A stretch of DNA of 64,000 nucleotides from Chitinophagaceae bacterium (GCA_026786345.1 JAJAYD010000114.1:190-64189); one strand, 5' to 3'; numbered from the stretch's first letter, positions 41,299 through 52,600 are shown. The notes: generated by a model not told the origin, from the letters alone. Translations and numbers: made by a program.

Positions 41299-44200
41299 AT
41301 GCCCAAACTTAAAAAACTGCCCTACTTCTTTGCCGCTTTATGCCTGTTCGTCAACGTTTCTCAGGCTCAAACTCAAAAATCAATCTCCAGATCATTTTCG
41401 TTTGATTTAAAAAGTGCTTCTCCTACCAGTGCTGGGGTATACAAAAAAGACGGTACATTACTCCGGACACTTTGGGGTGGGGTTAAGTATAAAGCTGGTA
41501 CCAATACCGCAAAATGGGATGGTCTTGATGACCAGGCTAAAACTGTTGTAGATAGCGACATAGAAATCAAGGTGCTGACTTCTAATGTAAAATACGAGTG
41601 GGAAGGAGCCTACATCGGAAATTCTTCTTCAGCAGGTAATGGAGATACCCGTTTCAGGGTATTTGATTTTGACGGCGTACAAAATGTAATAGTATCGGGT
41701 AATGATGCATTTGTAGCAAGTGGCTATGCTGAAGGTTGGCCGGCAGAGTTTCGATTTAAAACTGCTTCGCCTGCAAAAAAAACATGGGTTGGGCAAACGG
41801 GTATTACGGGTTCAAACACAACATTCGTAGCTACTGATGGAAATAAAGTGTATTGGGCAGGTTTCGACCCTTTTGAAAACACGGAAACCTTTGTTTTTGC
41901 TTCTAACATCAATAACAACGCAGAAATCAAGTTTTCAAAGGGAGTAAACATCCACATGGAATGGGACAATACAAGCGATGTTACCTATTCAGCAATCTCC
42001 TACAAAAATGCACCAGGTACAATCATCTCCGGATTGGCAGTACAAAAAACGGGAAACTATCTATTTGTAAGCCGAATTTCACAAAACGAGTTGCAGGTTT
42101 TAGATAAAACAACCGGTGCTTTGGTTCGAAATATAACTATGACCGCAGTTTCAAAACTCGGGGTAGATGATAACGATAATCTTTGGATAGTTCAGGATGG
42201 CACTTTGCAGAAGTATGTGGTCAATACAAATGGAACTATATCTTCTTCGAATATAAAAATTACAAGCATTCCCTCTGTTGGTGGCTTTGATTTTTCACCC
42301 GATGGCTCCACCATTGCCATATGTGATGTAACCAACCAGGTTGTAAAGGGTTTTAATGCTAAAACAGGTGCTTTAAGCTGGACATTAGGTACACCCGGTG
42401 GATATTTAAAAAATTCAACGGTAAGCAATGACAAATTTTATTTTAGAGATGTGCGTAAGGAGATGCTTACCTATTTAACCTATTTGCCCGATGGCAGTTT
42501 TTATGTAGGCGATAATGGCAACTTAAGGATCCAACATTTTGCCGCAAACAGAACTTTTATCAGAAGCATCATGATGTTGTCAACAAATTATCGGTCGCAG
42601 GTTGATAAAAATGTACCTACCCGGTTATATGCCGATTATCTTGAGTTTGAAATTGATTACTCAAAACCTTTGGCAGCCGACAACGGATCCTGGAAATTAA
42701 AAAGAAACTGGCGGGCGAATTTTGGGTCTGCCTACGACTTCAACTATAAGATCATAAACATAGTAACCTTTGCCAATGGCAGAACATATGCCAGAGTAAA
42801 GATTAACGGAGTTACATACGAATTAGTGGAATTGGTAAAAGAGGGCGTAATCCGGTTTACAGGCATCATGTTGGGGCAATATGGTTTTCTAAACGACGAT
42901 GGTTCCAAGATGACGATTGGCTACCCAACAACACATATGAGGTATGCGCTAACCGGATTTGATGCATTAAATAATCCGGTATGGACTACAACACCGGAAT
43001 ACCTGGCAAACCTAAAAACTTTTGGCGATAATGATCCTCTTCCTTTCAATAACCAGTACGAAGAACCGGTTACCGAATCGGGTAAAGTAATTTATTTTAA
43101 TTGCAGAAGAGTAGACGATAAGAATGGTGACGAATTTCATTTAGGGGCAGTAAATAAAGGAGGAACAGGATTTTTATGGCGAACCGCCAGGGGAACGCAA
43201 AACTCTTATGAAGGCGAGTTTCCAAGAGATGGCGCATTTGACAATGGCAATGGAGTGGAGAGCGATTTTAGAGCTGGCGGATCGGCCCTAACTTTTAAGG
43301 ATCATATATTCTGGGGTTATCATGGAGAGTTTTGGAAACAAAGCCAAACCAATATCTGGAACCATGTAGATGGCAATACTGGTTTATTTGTTGGGCAGTT
43401 TGGCGCTATCAAAAAAGACTTTGGCATGGCAGAAGCCCCGGCAGAAGTAGCCGGAAATGTATTTGGAGGTACGGTGGTAGAGGTAAATGGAAACGTTTAC
43501 TTATACCATAACGATGAAGGAATAAATAACGGCGTACACCGTTGGAAAATATCAGGTTTGAGTACAGTAGAAATTCAAACTGCAACCTTAAATACTCCGC
43601 AACCGGATGAAGATACATTGAAAGGAATTGACCTGATGGTGGGCCTTCCAAGAAACGGCGTTCCGCTGGTTAGCGGAAATTCTGGTTGGACACGCACTCC
43701 AAAGCTTGATATAACCAAGGATATATTTGCTGACTACTGGACAGTTAAATCGGGTCTTCAGTCGTACGATAAATTTAAACCTGTTGATGTAAGTGTTTTA
43801 TACAGGCAGGAAAAAGTTGATATGAGTGTTGAAAGAACGCTGGAAAATACCAAAGTGCTGACAGATTGGGAATTGTTTGGAAAGATAAGTTTTGAAGGAA
43901 ATGAAGCCAACCAGGCAGATTTAAAAGCGGGCAGTTATTTTGAAGTGCTGGATTTTAAGAACAAAACTATTGCCCGGTTTTATATGGGTAAAGACAAAGA
44001 TGGGGGGCTGAATGCCATTGGTAACGATAAAATTATTGCACATTTTGATCAGGGCGTGTTTCAAATAATGGATAAAAGACAATGGCCCATTAGCATAAGT
44101 GCAAAGGACGATGTTATAACTTTTAAGTATAGTGACTATCCAATACAGCAAACAAAAGTGTTGGCAGATAAAAATGCAGATTGGTCCAAACCTGCAAAAC

Positions 44201-45933
44201 TGAAGATGTACTTTTTTAATAAGCCCCGAGACAATTATTATAGAATGATGGCTATTTCAGAAATGAGATTTGCTTCAAATAAACAAATAGCAACTACTGG
44301 CCAGGCTGTACAACAAAGCTGTGCAAATGTGGGTAGCATAAGTTGGGATTTATGGACGAACATTCCCGGACATAAAATCTCAAATATTAAGTTAGATCAA
44401 ACAGTGTCCTCTACTAAAACCATTACAACGTTTCAAACCCCTTACTATTTTGGCGACAATTATGGTTCACGGGTCCGTGGTTTTATTTGTGTACCTCAAA
44501 CAGGAAACTATACATTTTTTATAGCATCCGATGATAATGGAGAATTATGGTTAAGTACAGATGCAAATCCTGCAAATGAAGAACGAATTGCTTTTGTTTC
44601 GGGATGGACTGCTCCTAATCAATATGATAAATCCAGGTCTCAAAAATCTAAATCGATATATTTAAAACAAGGTGAAAAATATTATATAGAAGCCTTGCAC
44701 AAGGAAGGAAATGGGGGCGATCATCTTTCAGTAGCCTGGCAATTACCTGATGGTACAATGGAAGCACCAATTCCTGGTAAACGCCTGGTACCCTTTGAGG
44801 AGATTACTCAAATTTTACCACCCCAGGTTACAATAACCTCTCCATTAAATAATGTCCTTTTTGCAACAAATTCAGTTACCATCGAAACCAGGGTAACCGA
44901 TGTAGAAAGCATTGTAGACCGGGTGGATTTTTACAACGGCGATACAAAAATTGGAGAAGCATATAATAAACCATACAGCATTACCTGGAGTGATCTTACA
45001 GATGGAACCTATCCATTGATTGCAAAAATTATAACAGATAATGGCGAAGAAATAACTTCTGAACAGATAATCATTACGATAAAACTTCCGGTACCTGAAA
45101 TATGCCCTGGTACAGGTGGTTTAAACTGGGACTATTGGGGTGGTGTAGCAGGTAATAATTTAGCGCAAATACCTTTCAATTATCCGGTAACTTCAAACAC
45201 TTTAACCCCTTCATTTGCAACACCAACGTTATTTGGAGATTACTACGGCTCAAGATTGAAAGGGTACATTTGCGTTGCCAAAAGTGGGAACTATACTTTT
45301 TATTTAGCTGCTGATGATGTAGGAGCTTTGTATTTAAGCCCCGATGTAAATGCTATAAGAAAACAGTTAATAGCCCAGGTCACGGCTCCTACTTTGCCAG
45401 AGGAGTATACCCGTTACCCATCTCAAAAATCAAAGAAAATTTATTTGCTTGCAGGTCAGCGATATTATGTTGAAGCAATTCATAAAGAGTGGACCGGTGC
45501 AGATCACCTTTCTGTAGCATGGCAGTATGAAGATTCTTCAATAGAATCGCCTATTCCCGGAAACAGATTACTCCCCTATGTTGAAACAAGAAATTTGGCA
45601 AGGGCAGCCGCCACACCAACCCCAAAAGAAAGTAAAAAGGTTGTAAGAGATTCCAAATCTTTATACACCATCACAAACCTTGAACTTAAGGCTTTTCCTA
45701 ATCCATTCGTTAGTTCACTCAATTTAGAATGTTACATACCGGAGGAAAGTAATTACAGCCTTCAATTATTTACCGTTCAGGGAATGTTGTTAAAAACAAT
45801 TTTTACAGGAAATCTTAAAGCTGGAATTGCCAGGTTTAATTTTAATGCAAGCAATATGTCTGCAGGAGTTTACATATGCAGACTTATTTCGGGTAAAAAA
45901 ATCATTAACAAGCAGATCACACTTGTAAAATAG
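41299..45933 (+). CDS. T9SS cargo protein B: paralogous head to protein A, PA14-Ig-PA14 tail, T9SS C-terminal domain
   Basis: First ~760 aa clearly align with protein A. Two PA14-like domains (TGNYTFFIASDDNG; SGNYTFYLAADDVG) flank a bacterial Ig-like domain (PPQVTITSP...VDFYNG). CTD AFPNPF...GVYICRL. Confidence 0.85.
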   Translation: MPKLKKLPYFFAALCLFVNVSQAQTQKSISRSFSFDLKSASPTSAGVYKKDGTLLRTLWGGVKYKAGTNTAKWDGLDDQAKTVVDSDIEIKVLTSNVKYEWEGAYIGNSSSAGNGDTRFRVFDFDGVQNVIVSGNDAFVASGYAEGWPAEFRFKTASPAKKTWVGQTGITGSNTTFVATDGNKVYWAGFDPFENTETFVFASNINNNAEIKFSKGVNIHMEWDNTSDVTYSAISYKNAPGTIISGLAVQKTGNYLFVSRISQNELQVLDKTTGALVRNITMTAVSKLGVDDNDNLWIVQDGTLQKYVVNTNGTISSSNIKITSIPSVGGFDFSPDGSTIAICDVTNQVVKGFNAKTGALSWTLGTPGGYLKNSTVSNDKFYFRDVRKEMLTYLTYLPDGSFYVGDNGNLRIQHFAANRTFIRSIMMLSTNYRSQVDKNVPTRLYADYLEFEIDYSKPLAADNGSWKLKRNWRANFGSAYDFNYKIINIVTFANGRTYARVKINGVTYELVELVKEGVIRFTGIMLGQYGFLNDDGSKMTIGYPTTHMRYALTGFDALNNPVWTTTPEYLANLKTFGDNDPLPFNNQYEEPVTESGKVIYFNCRRVDDKNGDEFHLGAVNKGGTGFLWRTARGTQNSYEGEFPRDGAFDNGNGVESDFRAGGSALTFKDHIFWGYHGEFWKQSQTNIWNHVDGNTGLFVGQFGAIKKDFGMAEAPAEVAGNVFGGTVVEVNGNVYLYHNDEGINNGVHRWKISGLSTVEIQTATLNTPQPDEDTLKGIDLMVGLPRNGVPLVSGNSGWTRTPKLDITKDIFADYWTVKSGLQSYDKFKPVDVSVLYRQEKVDMSVERTLENTKVLTDWELFGKISFEGNEANQADLKAGSYFEVLDFKNKTIARFYMGKDKDGGLNAIGNDKIIAHFDQGVFQIMDKRQWPISISAKDDVITFKYSDYPIQQTKVLADKNADWSKPAKLKMYFFNKPRDNYYRMMAISEMRFASNKQIATTGQAVQQSCANVGSISWDLWTNIPGHKISNIKLDQTVSSTKTITTFQTPYYFGDNYGSRVRGFICVPQTGNYTFFIASDDNGELWLSTDANPANEERIAFVSGWTAPNQYDKSRSQKSKSIYLKQGEKYYIEALHKEGNGGDHLSVAWQLPDGTMEAPIPGKRLVPFEEITQILPPQVTITSPLNNVLFATNSVTIETRVTDVESIVDRVDFYNGDTKIGEAYNKPYSITWSDLTDGTYPLIAKIITDNGEEITSEQIIITIKLPVPEICPGTGGLNWDYWGGVAGNNLAQIPFNYPVTSNTLTPSFATPTLFGDYYGSRLKGYICVAKSGNYTFYLAADDVGALYLSPDVNAIRKQLIAQVTAPTLPEEYTRYPSQKSKKIYLLAGQRYYVEAIHKEWTGADHLSVAWQYEDSSIESPIPGNRLLPYVETRNLARAAATPTPKESKKVVRDSKSLYTITNLELKAFPNPFVSSLNLECYIPEESNYSLQLFTVQGMLLKTIFTGNLKAGIARFNFNASNMSAGVYICRLISGKKIINKQITLVK

Positions 45934-45956
45934 TTACTGCCTTCAATAGCTACAAT

Positions 45957-45990
45957 AACCGGCAACTCACCACGGGTTGCCGGTTTTTTT
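45957..45990 (+). terminator. Intrinsic terminator
   Basis: AACCGGCAACTC-ACCAC-GGGTTGCCGGTT followed by a T-run. Confidence 0.85.
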
Positions 45991-46059
45991 GGTTTCAAAG
46001 GCTGTTTATTACAACGATCACCTGACCTTTGAAATTACCCAACCAATTTCTCCATTTGC

Positions 46060-46692
46060 ATGGTCCACGTTTTCTATACCACATTTACTAACAAACTGCC
46101 GGCAGACAAGTACCAACAATTACTTGCTCAACTACCACCTATAATGCAGCAGCAGGTATCGGGATTTAGAAAATGGGAAGATGCACACAGAAGTGTATTG
46201 GGAAAGGCATTGTTGATAGAAGGCTTGAAAGAGTATAACCTTGGTTCCGTTTCGCTGGCAGATTTAAACTATACCGTCTTTCTAAAACCATTTTTTATTA
46301 ATGGCATTCATTTTAATATTTCGCATTCAGGAAATTGCATTGTTTGTGCCATTGGTACAACTGAGGTGGGTGTTGATGTTGAAGAAATAAAGGAAATACC
46401 TCTGTCTGATTTTAAAGAACTTTTCTCTCCGGAGGAATTGAAGCTCATTTTTGAAGACCCTTACGATTATGCGCCATTCTATACTTTATGGACACAAAAA
46501 GAGGCATTTTTAAAAGCAGTAGGAGTCGGGTTAAACATGCCGCTAAATAAAGTGATCATCCGAAACAATACCATTGAATACAACGGTAACACCTGGTATC
46601 TGAAACAATTGAGCATTCAAGAACGGTATATATGCCATGTTGCCTCCCCTATTTTAAATGTTCAGGTAAACCTTAAGGAACTACATTTTTAG
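46060..46692 (+). CDS. Sfp-type 4'-phosphopantetheinyl transferase
   Basis: KP, FNISHSG, VGVDVE and WTQKEAFLKAVG motifs. Confidence 0.93.
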   Translation: MVHVFYTTFTNKLPADKYQQLLAQLPPIMQQQVSGFRKWEDAHRSVLGKALLIEGLKEYNLGSVSLADLNYTVFLKPFFINGIHFNISHSGNCIVCAIGTTEVGVDVEEIKEIPLSDFKELFSPEELKLIFEDPYDYAPFYTLWTQKEAFLKAVGVGLNMPLNKVIIRNNTIEYNGNTWYLKQLSIQERYICHVASPILNVQVNLKELHF

Positions 46693-46927
46693 CTAACATT
46701 GTAGAATCCTCCCTCCATAAAAAATTACAGCATAGGTTACTGAATATCGTCAACCTGCCTCTCATCAATGATTAAAATCATTATATGCAGTTATTTTATT
46801 ATTTAAATTGTGGCTCAGTCTATCAACCTTGTAGGGCATTTTAACGTCATATAGTTGCTAAGCTGAAATAACTTTTAAGTTAAAAACGGTTCGTTTAGGT
46901 TTTCTTCCAAAAAGCTGGTAAGTTGAT

Positions 46928-47662
46928 ATGGTTTCTATGAAAAAAAATATAAATCTGTTCTGCCTTCATTTTGCGGGTGGTAATAAATATTCCTATCGGC
47001 AATATGTTGAAAAGGCGCCTCCCTTTTTAAACCTGATTGCCCTTGAATCTCCTGGCAGAGGTGCCCGTATGCGGGAACCCCTTATTGCAGACATTCATGC
47101 CCTTGTAAATGATATGTATAGGCAAATAAGCAACGTGGTTGAAGATGTTCCTTATGCCATTTATGGACACAGTATGGGGGGGTTGGTAGCTTATCTTTTA
47201 TCAGTAAAACTAAAGAAGAACCATCACAAGCCACCCTTACAACTTTTCATTACCGGCACTTCGGGCCCGTCCTCCACATCACGCTCAGAAAAAAAACGAC
47301 ACCTGTTAGAAAAGATTGAATTTCTTCAGGAAGTGAAGGATTTGGGAGGTATGCCTGACGAAATTTTGGAAAATGACGAATTACTTCAATATTTTGAACC
47401 TATTCTTCGTTCAGATTTCATGCTTTCTGAGAATTACGTTTATGAAGATCATGCACCTTTAAATATTCCCATTACAGTAATTACCGGCACCGGCGAAGAC
47501 CTTACCTTGGAAGATATTAACCTCTGGCAAAAGGAATCTACTTTTCCGGTTGATTTTAAAAGGTTACCCGGCAACCATTTTTTTATTTATAAATATGCAC
47601 AGGAGATCGTCGATATTATTTCGCGCAAATTATACAACCATATTAAAGTTGAACAATTATGA
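46928..47662 (+). CDS. Type II (editing) thioesterase
   Basis: LFCLHFAGG, PGRG.R, GHSMG and GNHFF motifs. ATGA overlap with the next gene. Alternative start ATG at 46937. Confidence 0.92.
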   Translation: MVSMKKNINLFCLHFAGGNKYSYRQYVEKAPPFLNLIALESPGRGARMREPLIADIHALVNDMYRQISNVVEDVPYAIYGHSMGGLVAYLLSVKLKKNHHKPPLQLFITGTSGPSSTSRSEKKRHLLEKIEFLQEVKDLGGMPDEILENDELLQYFEPILRSDFMLSENYVYEDHAPLNIPITVITGTGEDLTLEDINLWQKESTFPVDFKRLPGNHFFIYKYAQEIVDIISRKLYNHIKVEQL

Positions 47663-49287
47663 ATAACAAGCAAGTATACCTTAAACCTAATGTAGTGTTG
47701 GAGCCTTTGGTAGACAAGTGGTATGCATGGAGCCATCTTATTTCTCCGGCAACTGCTGCAATGAACATTGTAAACCGTCACCTGAGTATAATCGATTCTT
47801 ATCTATCTGCCCCTTCTATACATGCCGAAGCAGTATTAAATCCAAAAATGCGGGGTGGTCCTTTTATGGATTTTGGTGGTAAAAGAGTTGATGAGGTTGA
47901 GGCATTACAAAAAGATACTCATGAAAAACATGAGCTGATTGTTCAGTTTGCAAAGGCAATAAAGGATCTTGACAAAATGCTTGCTACCGAAGCAAAAGGT
48001 TTTGGTCTTGAAACATTGTATGAAAAAGTACCGGAAATTTTAAAAGGATATGTTGAGCTGTATTACGATAGGCAGAACACCCCGGGCTTTAGATTTTTTG
48101 AATCACTTTTATATAACAGCGGGTTGTATAAAAAAGATATGCAAAGCATATCTATGTGGTTAACCAATAATGACGAAAGGCCGTTTTGCCTGAGTACACC
48201 GCGCCTTCAGGAAAAAGAAGTGATCAACTTAAACATCACCTTTGACAACCCGGTAATTGATGAGTTATCTAAAATGAAAAGGACCCCTCAATCATTGGGT
48301 TACATCAAGGCCATGTTGGGCATTCCTTCATCAAAGGAAGATTTGTTTGATTCATTTTTTACCGAAACGCCACCACCGCCTTACAAAAAGTATACGGGTG
48401 ACAAAATCAGAATGCGCTATTTCGGTCATGCCTGTATTCTTGTAGAAACAAAAGACATCAGCATATTAGTCGATCCGTTAATCAGCTATTATGGTTACCA
48501 TTCTGATGTGCAACATTTCTCCGACTGCGATCTGCCCGACATGATTGATTATGTTCTCATCACACACAATCACCAGGACCATATTTTATTTGAAACACTG
48601 TTACCGCTTAGGCACAAGATCAAAAACCTCATCGTTCCCCGCACCAACAGCGGTAAACTGGAGGATCCTGATCTTAAGTTGATGTTCGACAATATAGGTT
48701 TCAGCAATGTGTTTGCGCTGGATGAAATGGAAACCATTAAGTTTAGCGATGCTACCATAACGGGTCTGCCATTTATTGGAGAGCATAGTGATTTAAACAT
48801 ACTTACCAAGTCGTGCTTCCTTGTAAAAATTGGTGACTTTAAACTCTTATTCCTGGCAGATTCACGAATTGTAGAATCGAGGCTGTATAAACACATTTAT
48901 AAGCAGATTGGCGATGTAGACGTGATGTTTATAGGTATGGAGTGCGATGGTGCACCGCTTACCTGGTTGTACGGTCCTTTACTTACCAAAAAGTTAGCCC
49001 GCGATATGGACGGCAGCCGCAGGTTGGCCGGCTCCGATTGCGACAAAGGATTATCGCTGGTAGATATTTTTAACCCCAAAGAATTGTACGTGTATGCAAT
49101 GGGCCAGGAGCCCTGGTGTGAGTTCATCAGCAGCATAAAATATACTGATGAGTCAAACCCAATTGTTCAGTCGGATAAGCTGGTAAAAATTTGCCGCAAC
49201 AGGGGTATGATAGCAGAGCGCTTATATGGAGAGAAAGAATTGTTATACGATAAGCAGGCAGGTGCAGTTACTACTATCCAGATATAA
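47659..49287 (+). CDS. CmlA-like di-iron beta-hydroxylase (MBL fold) acting on NRPS-tethered amino acids
   Basis: N-terminal EPLV..WYAW.HL..P...GGP domain; GHAC, ITHNHQDH.LFETLL, PF.GEH.DL, FLADS, FIGME.GA.W.YGPL and YAMG.EPW. This motif series matches chloramphenicol CmlA as I recall it. Confidence 0.85.
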   Translation: MNNKQVYLKPNVVLEPLVDKWYAWSHLISPATAAMNIVNRHLSIIDSYLSAPSIHAEAVLNPKMRGGPFMDFGGKRVDEVEALQKDTHEKHELIVQFAKAIKDLDKMLATEAKGFGLETLYEKVPEILKGYVELYYDRQNTPGFRFFESLLYNSGLYKKDMQSISMWLTNNDERPFCLSTPRLQEKEVINLNITFDNPVIDELSKMKRTPQSLGYIKAMLGIPSSKEDLFDSFFTETPPPPYKKYTGDKIRMRYFGHACILVETKDISILVDPLISYYGYHSDVQHFSDCDLPDMIDYVLITHNHQDHILFETLLPLRHKIKNLIVPRTNSGKLEDPDLKLMFDNIGFSNVFALDEMETIKFSDATITGLPFIGEHSDLNILTKSCFLVKIGDFKLLFLADSRIVESRLYKHIYKQIGDVDVMFIGMECDGAPLTWLYGPLLTKKLARDMDGSRRLAGSDCDKGLSLVDIFNPKELYVYAMGQEPWCEFISSIKYTDESNPIVQSDKLVKICRNRGMIAERLYGEKELLYDKQAGAVTTIQI

Positions 49288-49473
49288 TAGTTCGGTTGGC
49301 GGGGTTAATACGGAAGGTGATTATTTGGAGGCAAGCGGCGAATTAAATAGCAACATTGTTTTGGCTCCCCCGTCAATTTTGCGGGGTCACTCACTTTTAC
49401 TGTTAGTATTACATGAAGCAATTGTGCCATTTATAGCAGGCTAAAATCTAACCAAACCAACCTGATCAACTAA

Positions 49474-49613
49474 GAGGCTGTCTAAATTTAATTTAAACTT
49501 TGATTTTGAAACTGAAGATGCCCTATTTACAACAGATAAAAGGATTGCGACGCAACAATGAAGCTATGGAAAACTTCAGTTGGTATAATAAAACATCATT
49601 TTTAGACAGTTTC
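49474..49613. mobile_element. Putative 140-bp MITE (non-autonomous, IS5-like ends) with TAA target duplication
   Basis: Left end GAGGCTGTCTAAA; right end reverse complement GAAACTGTCTAAA (11/13 match). TAA at 49471-49473 and 49614-49616. Internal inverted pair AACTGAAG/CTTCAGTT. Confidence 0.6.
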
Positions 49614-49668
49614 TAAGGGATAATAATATCGTAAGCGTTTAAAGTAATTTAAAGGTCAGTGAGAAAAC

Positions 49669-52600
49669 ATGCATACAGTTACAATCCCTTTACATCCTGC
49701 GCAGCACGATGTTTATACAGATCAACTCGTTAAAGGTAATAGCCCCTTATATAATGTAGGGGGCTATATCTGCTTAAAGGGAAAACTAAACAAGACATTA
49801 TTTAAAAAAGTTGTTACGGATGGGCCACGTTATTTCGATGCTTTTCATATGCGGTTCAACTTACAGGCCGCCGACTTTCAAACTTACATAGACAAGGATA
49901 CCGTACACTTAAAGGTGGATGAACTGGATTTTACCTCGCAGCCTAACCCGGCAGCCGCTGCTTTGGTATACATGCAGGAACGTTTCAATCAACCTTTCAA
50001 TTTTGAAATTGAAGCACCATTAACTGACCAGGCACTCCTGAAAATTTCTGAAAACGAACATTGGTTTTATGGTAAATACCACCACCTTATAACAGATGGA
50101 TATGGCTTTATTGTATGGATAAAATACCTGGCCGATACCTACAATGCCATGTCTTCGGGTCGGGAGCTAACAATTGATTATCCTCCTTACCAGCCCCAAA
50201 TAGAACAGGCAGCTAATTTTTATCAATCAGAAGCGTATAAAAAGCAAGGGGAATATTGGAAGCAAAAATTGGCAAAAAAGCAAGCGCAATTATTTCGTAA
50301 AAAGTATACGCCACCTTCAGCCACTCAAAATAAAAGTACCTCTTTTGTTGTTGAAACCAGCGAAGAGCAAATGGCTTTACTGGAGCAGGTTAAGCAACAA
50401 ACCAATGCCGGAATATTGCAATTAACGCTTGCTGCAATTGCTGTTTATTTTGGAAAGGCAACAGGCGAAAGCGAATTTGTTGTTGGAGTTCCTATACACA
50501 AAAGGGGTTCACGACACCTGCGAAACATAGTAGGAATGTTTAGTGGCATTTTGCCTTTTAAAAATATTTACCAACCGGCGTTTTCAGTACAACAGGCTTT
50601 AAACGATATATCCCGATCATTAAAAGATGATCTTAAAAACCAGCAATACATTTTAGGTGATATTGCCAAAGACCTGTCATTGCTACCCGGCGATAAATTG
50701 TTCGACGTTGTAGTTAATTACGAACCATTTAATTTCCAGGTCGACTTTGGAACCCATCTGCAGGCAAGTGTGTTTCAGTTGGCAAGCAACCAGGCCGATC
50801 ATGCATTGCAGTTTACATGGCAAGACCATGGAAAACAGCAGCCATTAATTTTGCAGGTAGATTACCAGCAACAATATTTTATTGAAACGGACATTCGTTT
50901 CATGGTTGATAGCCTGTTTAAAATATTCTGGCAATTCAGCAACAATACCACTGCCCGGCTTTCGGGTATTAATATTTTAGGCGATGAAGAGTTAAAGACA
51001 TTATCGTCTTTTGCTAATGCATCACAAGCGCCACTTGCAGAGGCAAACATGACTTCTTTGTTCGACCACCAGGCTTTACAAACGCCTGGTGCAATAGCGT
51101 TGATACACGATGATTCAAGCATTACTTATCAAAAGTTGCACGAACGCTCCAACCAGGTGGCTAACTACTTATTGTCGCTCAAACTGGCACCTGAAACCTT
51201 AATACCTGTTTGCATAGAAAGAGGTATTGAAATGGTTATCGGAATTTTAGGCATTCTTAAAGCAGGTGCAGCTTATGTACCCATTGATCCGGCCTATCCT
51301 GCAGACCGTATTCAATATATGTTGACTGACACAAGTGCAACGTTTGTGTTCAGCAATGTTTCGGGTAAAAAATACTTGCCTTCAACCGGCAATTTTCAAA
51401 TAATTGAACTGGACGATCCAACGCTGTTTGAATCATTCCCATCAACAGTAGCGGCCATACAAATACATCCTAATCAGCTTGCTTACGTTATCTATACTTC
51501 CGGTTCAACTGGAAAGCCAAAGGGAGTCTTGATTGAGCATCGAAATGCTTCGGCTTTTCTCAATTGGTGTCAGCAAGAGTTTTCGCCTGATGCTTTTGAA
51601 ATGGTATATGCCTGCACGTCCATTTGCTTCGATCTATCCATATTCGAACTGTTTTATCCATTGCGTATTGGCAAACCTATTCGCATTGTAGAAAATGGAT
51701 TGCACATTGCAAAGTATCTTCCCTTTGATAAAAAGGTATTTCTTAATACCGTACCAACGGTTATTGAAAACCTGTTGAATGAGAAGGTAAGTTTACAGAA
51801 TGTTACTGTAATAAATATGGCCGGAGAGCCGGTGCCTCAACAAGTTTTACAAGGGCTCGATACCCATAATATTGAAGTTAGAAATTTGTATGGTCCTACT
51901 GAGGATACAACCTACAGCACCGTGTTCAGGCTACATAAAAATCAACCTGTTTTAATTGGTAAGCCAATTACTAATTCCAGCATTTACCTGCTCAACAGGC
52001 AAAACGGGTTGGTGCCATTGGGCATGCCCGGTGAAATATGCATTGGCGGAGCAGGCCTTGCAAGAGGTTACCTAAACCGGCCTGAGTTAACTGCTGAAAA
52101 ATTCATTTCAAGTCCATTTTCAGAAGGCGAAAAATTATATAAAACCGGCGACCTTGGTTGCCGGACCAGCGATGGCAATATTCAATACCTGGGCCGTATG
52201 GATAACCAGGTAAAACTAAGAGGCTACCGTATTGAATTGGGTGAAATTGAAAATGTGATTCAGCAAAGCGGCATGGTGCAAAATGCTGTGGTTGTAGTTT
52301 ACCAGGATAGAGAAAATAATAAAATGCTGATTGCCTATGCTACAGCCGATCAATCCATTGATATCGACAGCCTGAATAATTATCTCAGGAGCAAGCTGCC
52401 CGATTACATGATACCTGCCCGATGGATGCAGCTTGACAAAATACCCCTGACACCAAACGGAAAAGTAGACAGAAAAAACCTTCCCGAACCTGGTGCAATA
52501 CTGGCGGCCGATAAGCCATTTGAAGCACCTGCCAACGAAATGGAGCAAGTGCTTTGTAATATTTGGAAAGAAGTTTTAGCAATAGACACCATCAGTGTTA

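Noticed and set aside
47659-49287. Metallo-beta-lactamase resistance gene
   Set aside because: It is 542 aa with no signal peptide and has CmlA-specific motifs, so an oxygenase is more likely.
49226-49444. 72-aa ORF as a leader peptide or MbtH-like protein
   Set aside because: It overlaps the hydroxylase 3' end out of frame and lacks the MbtH Trp motifs.
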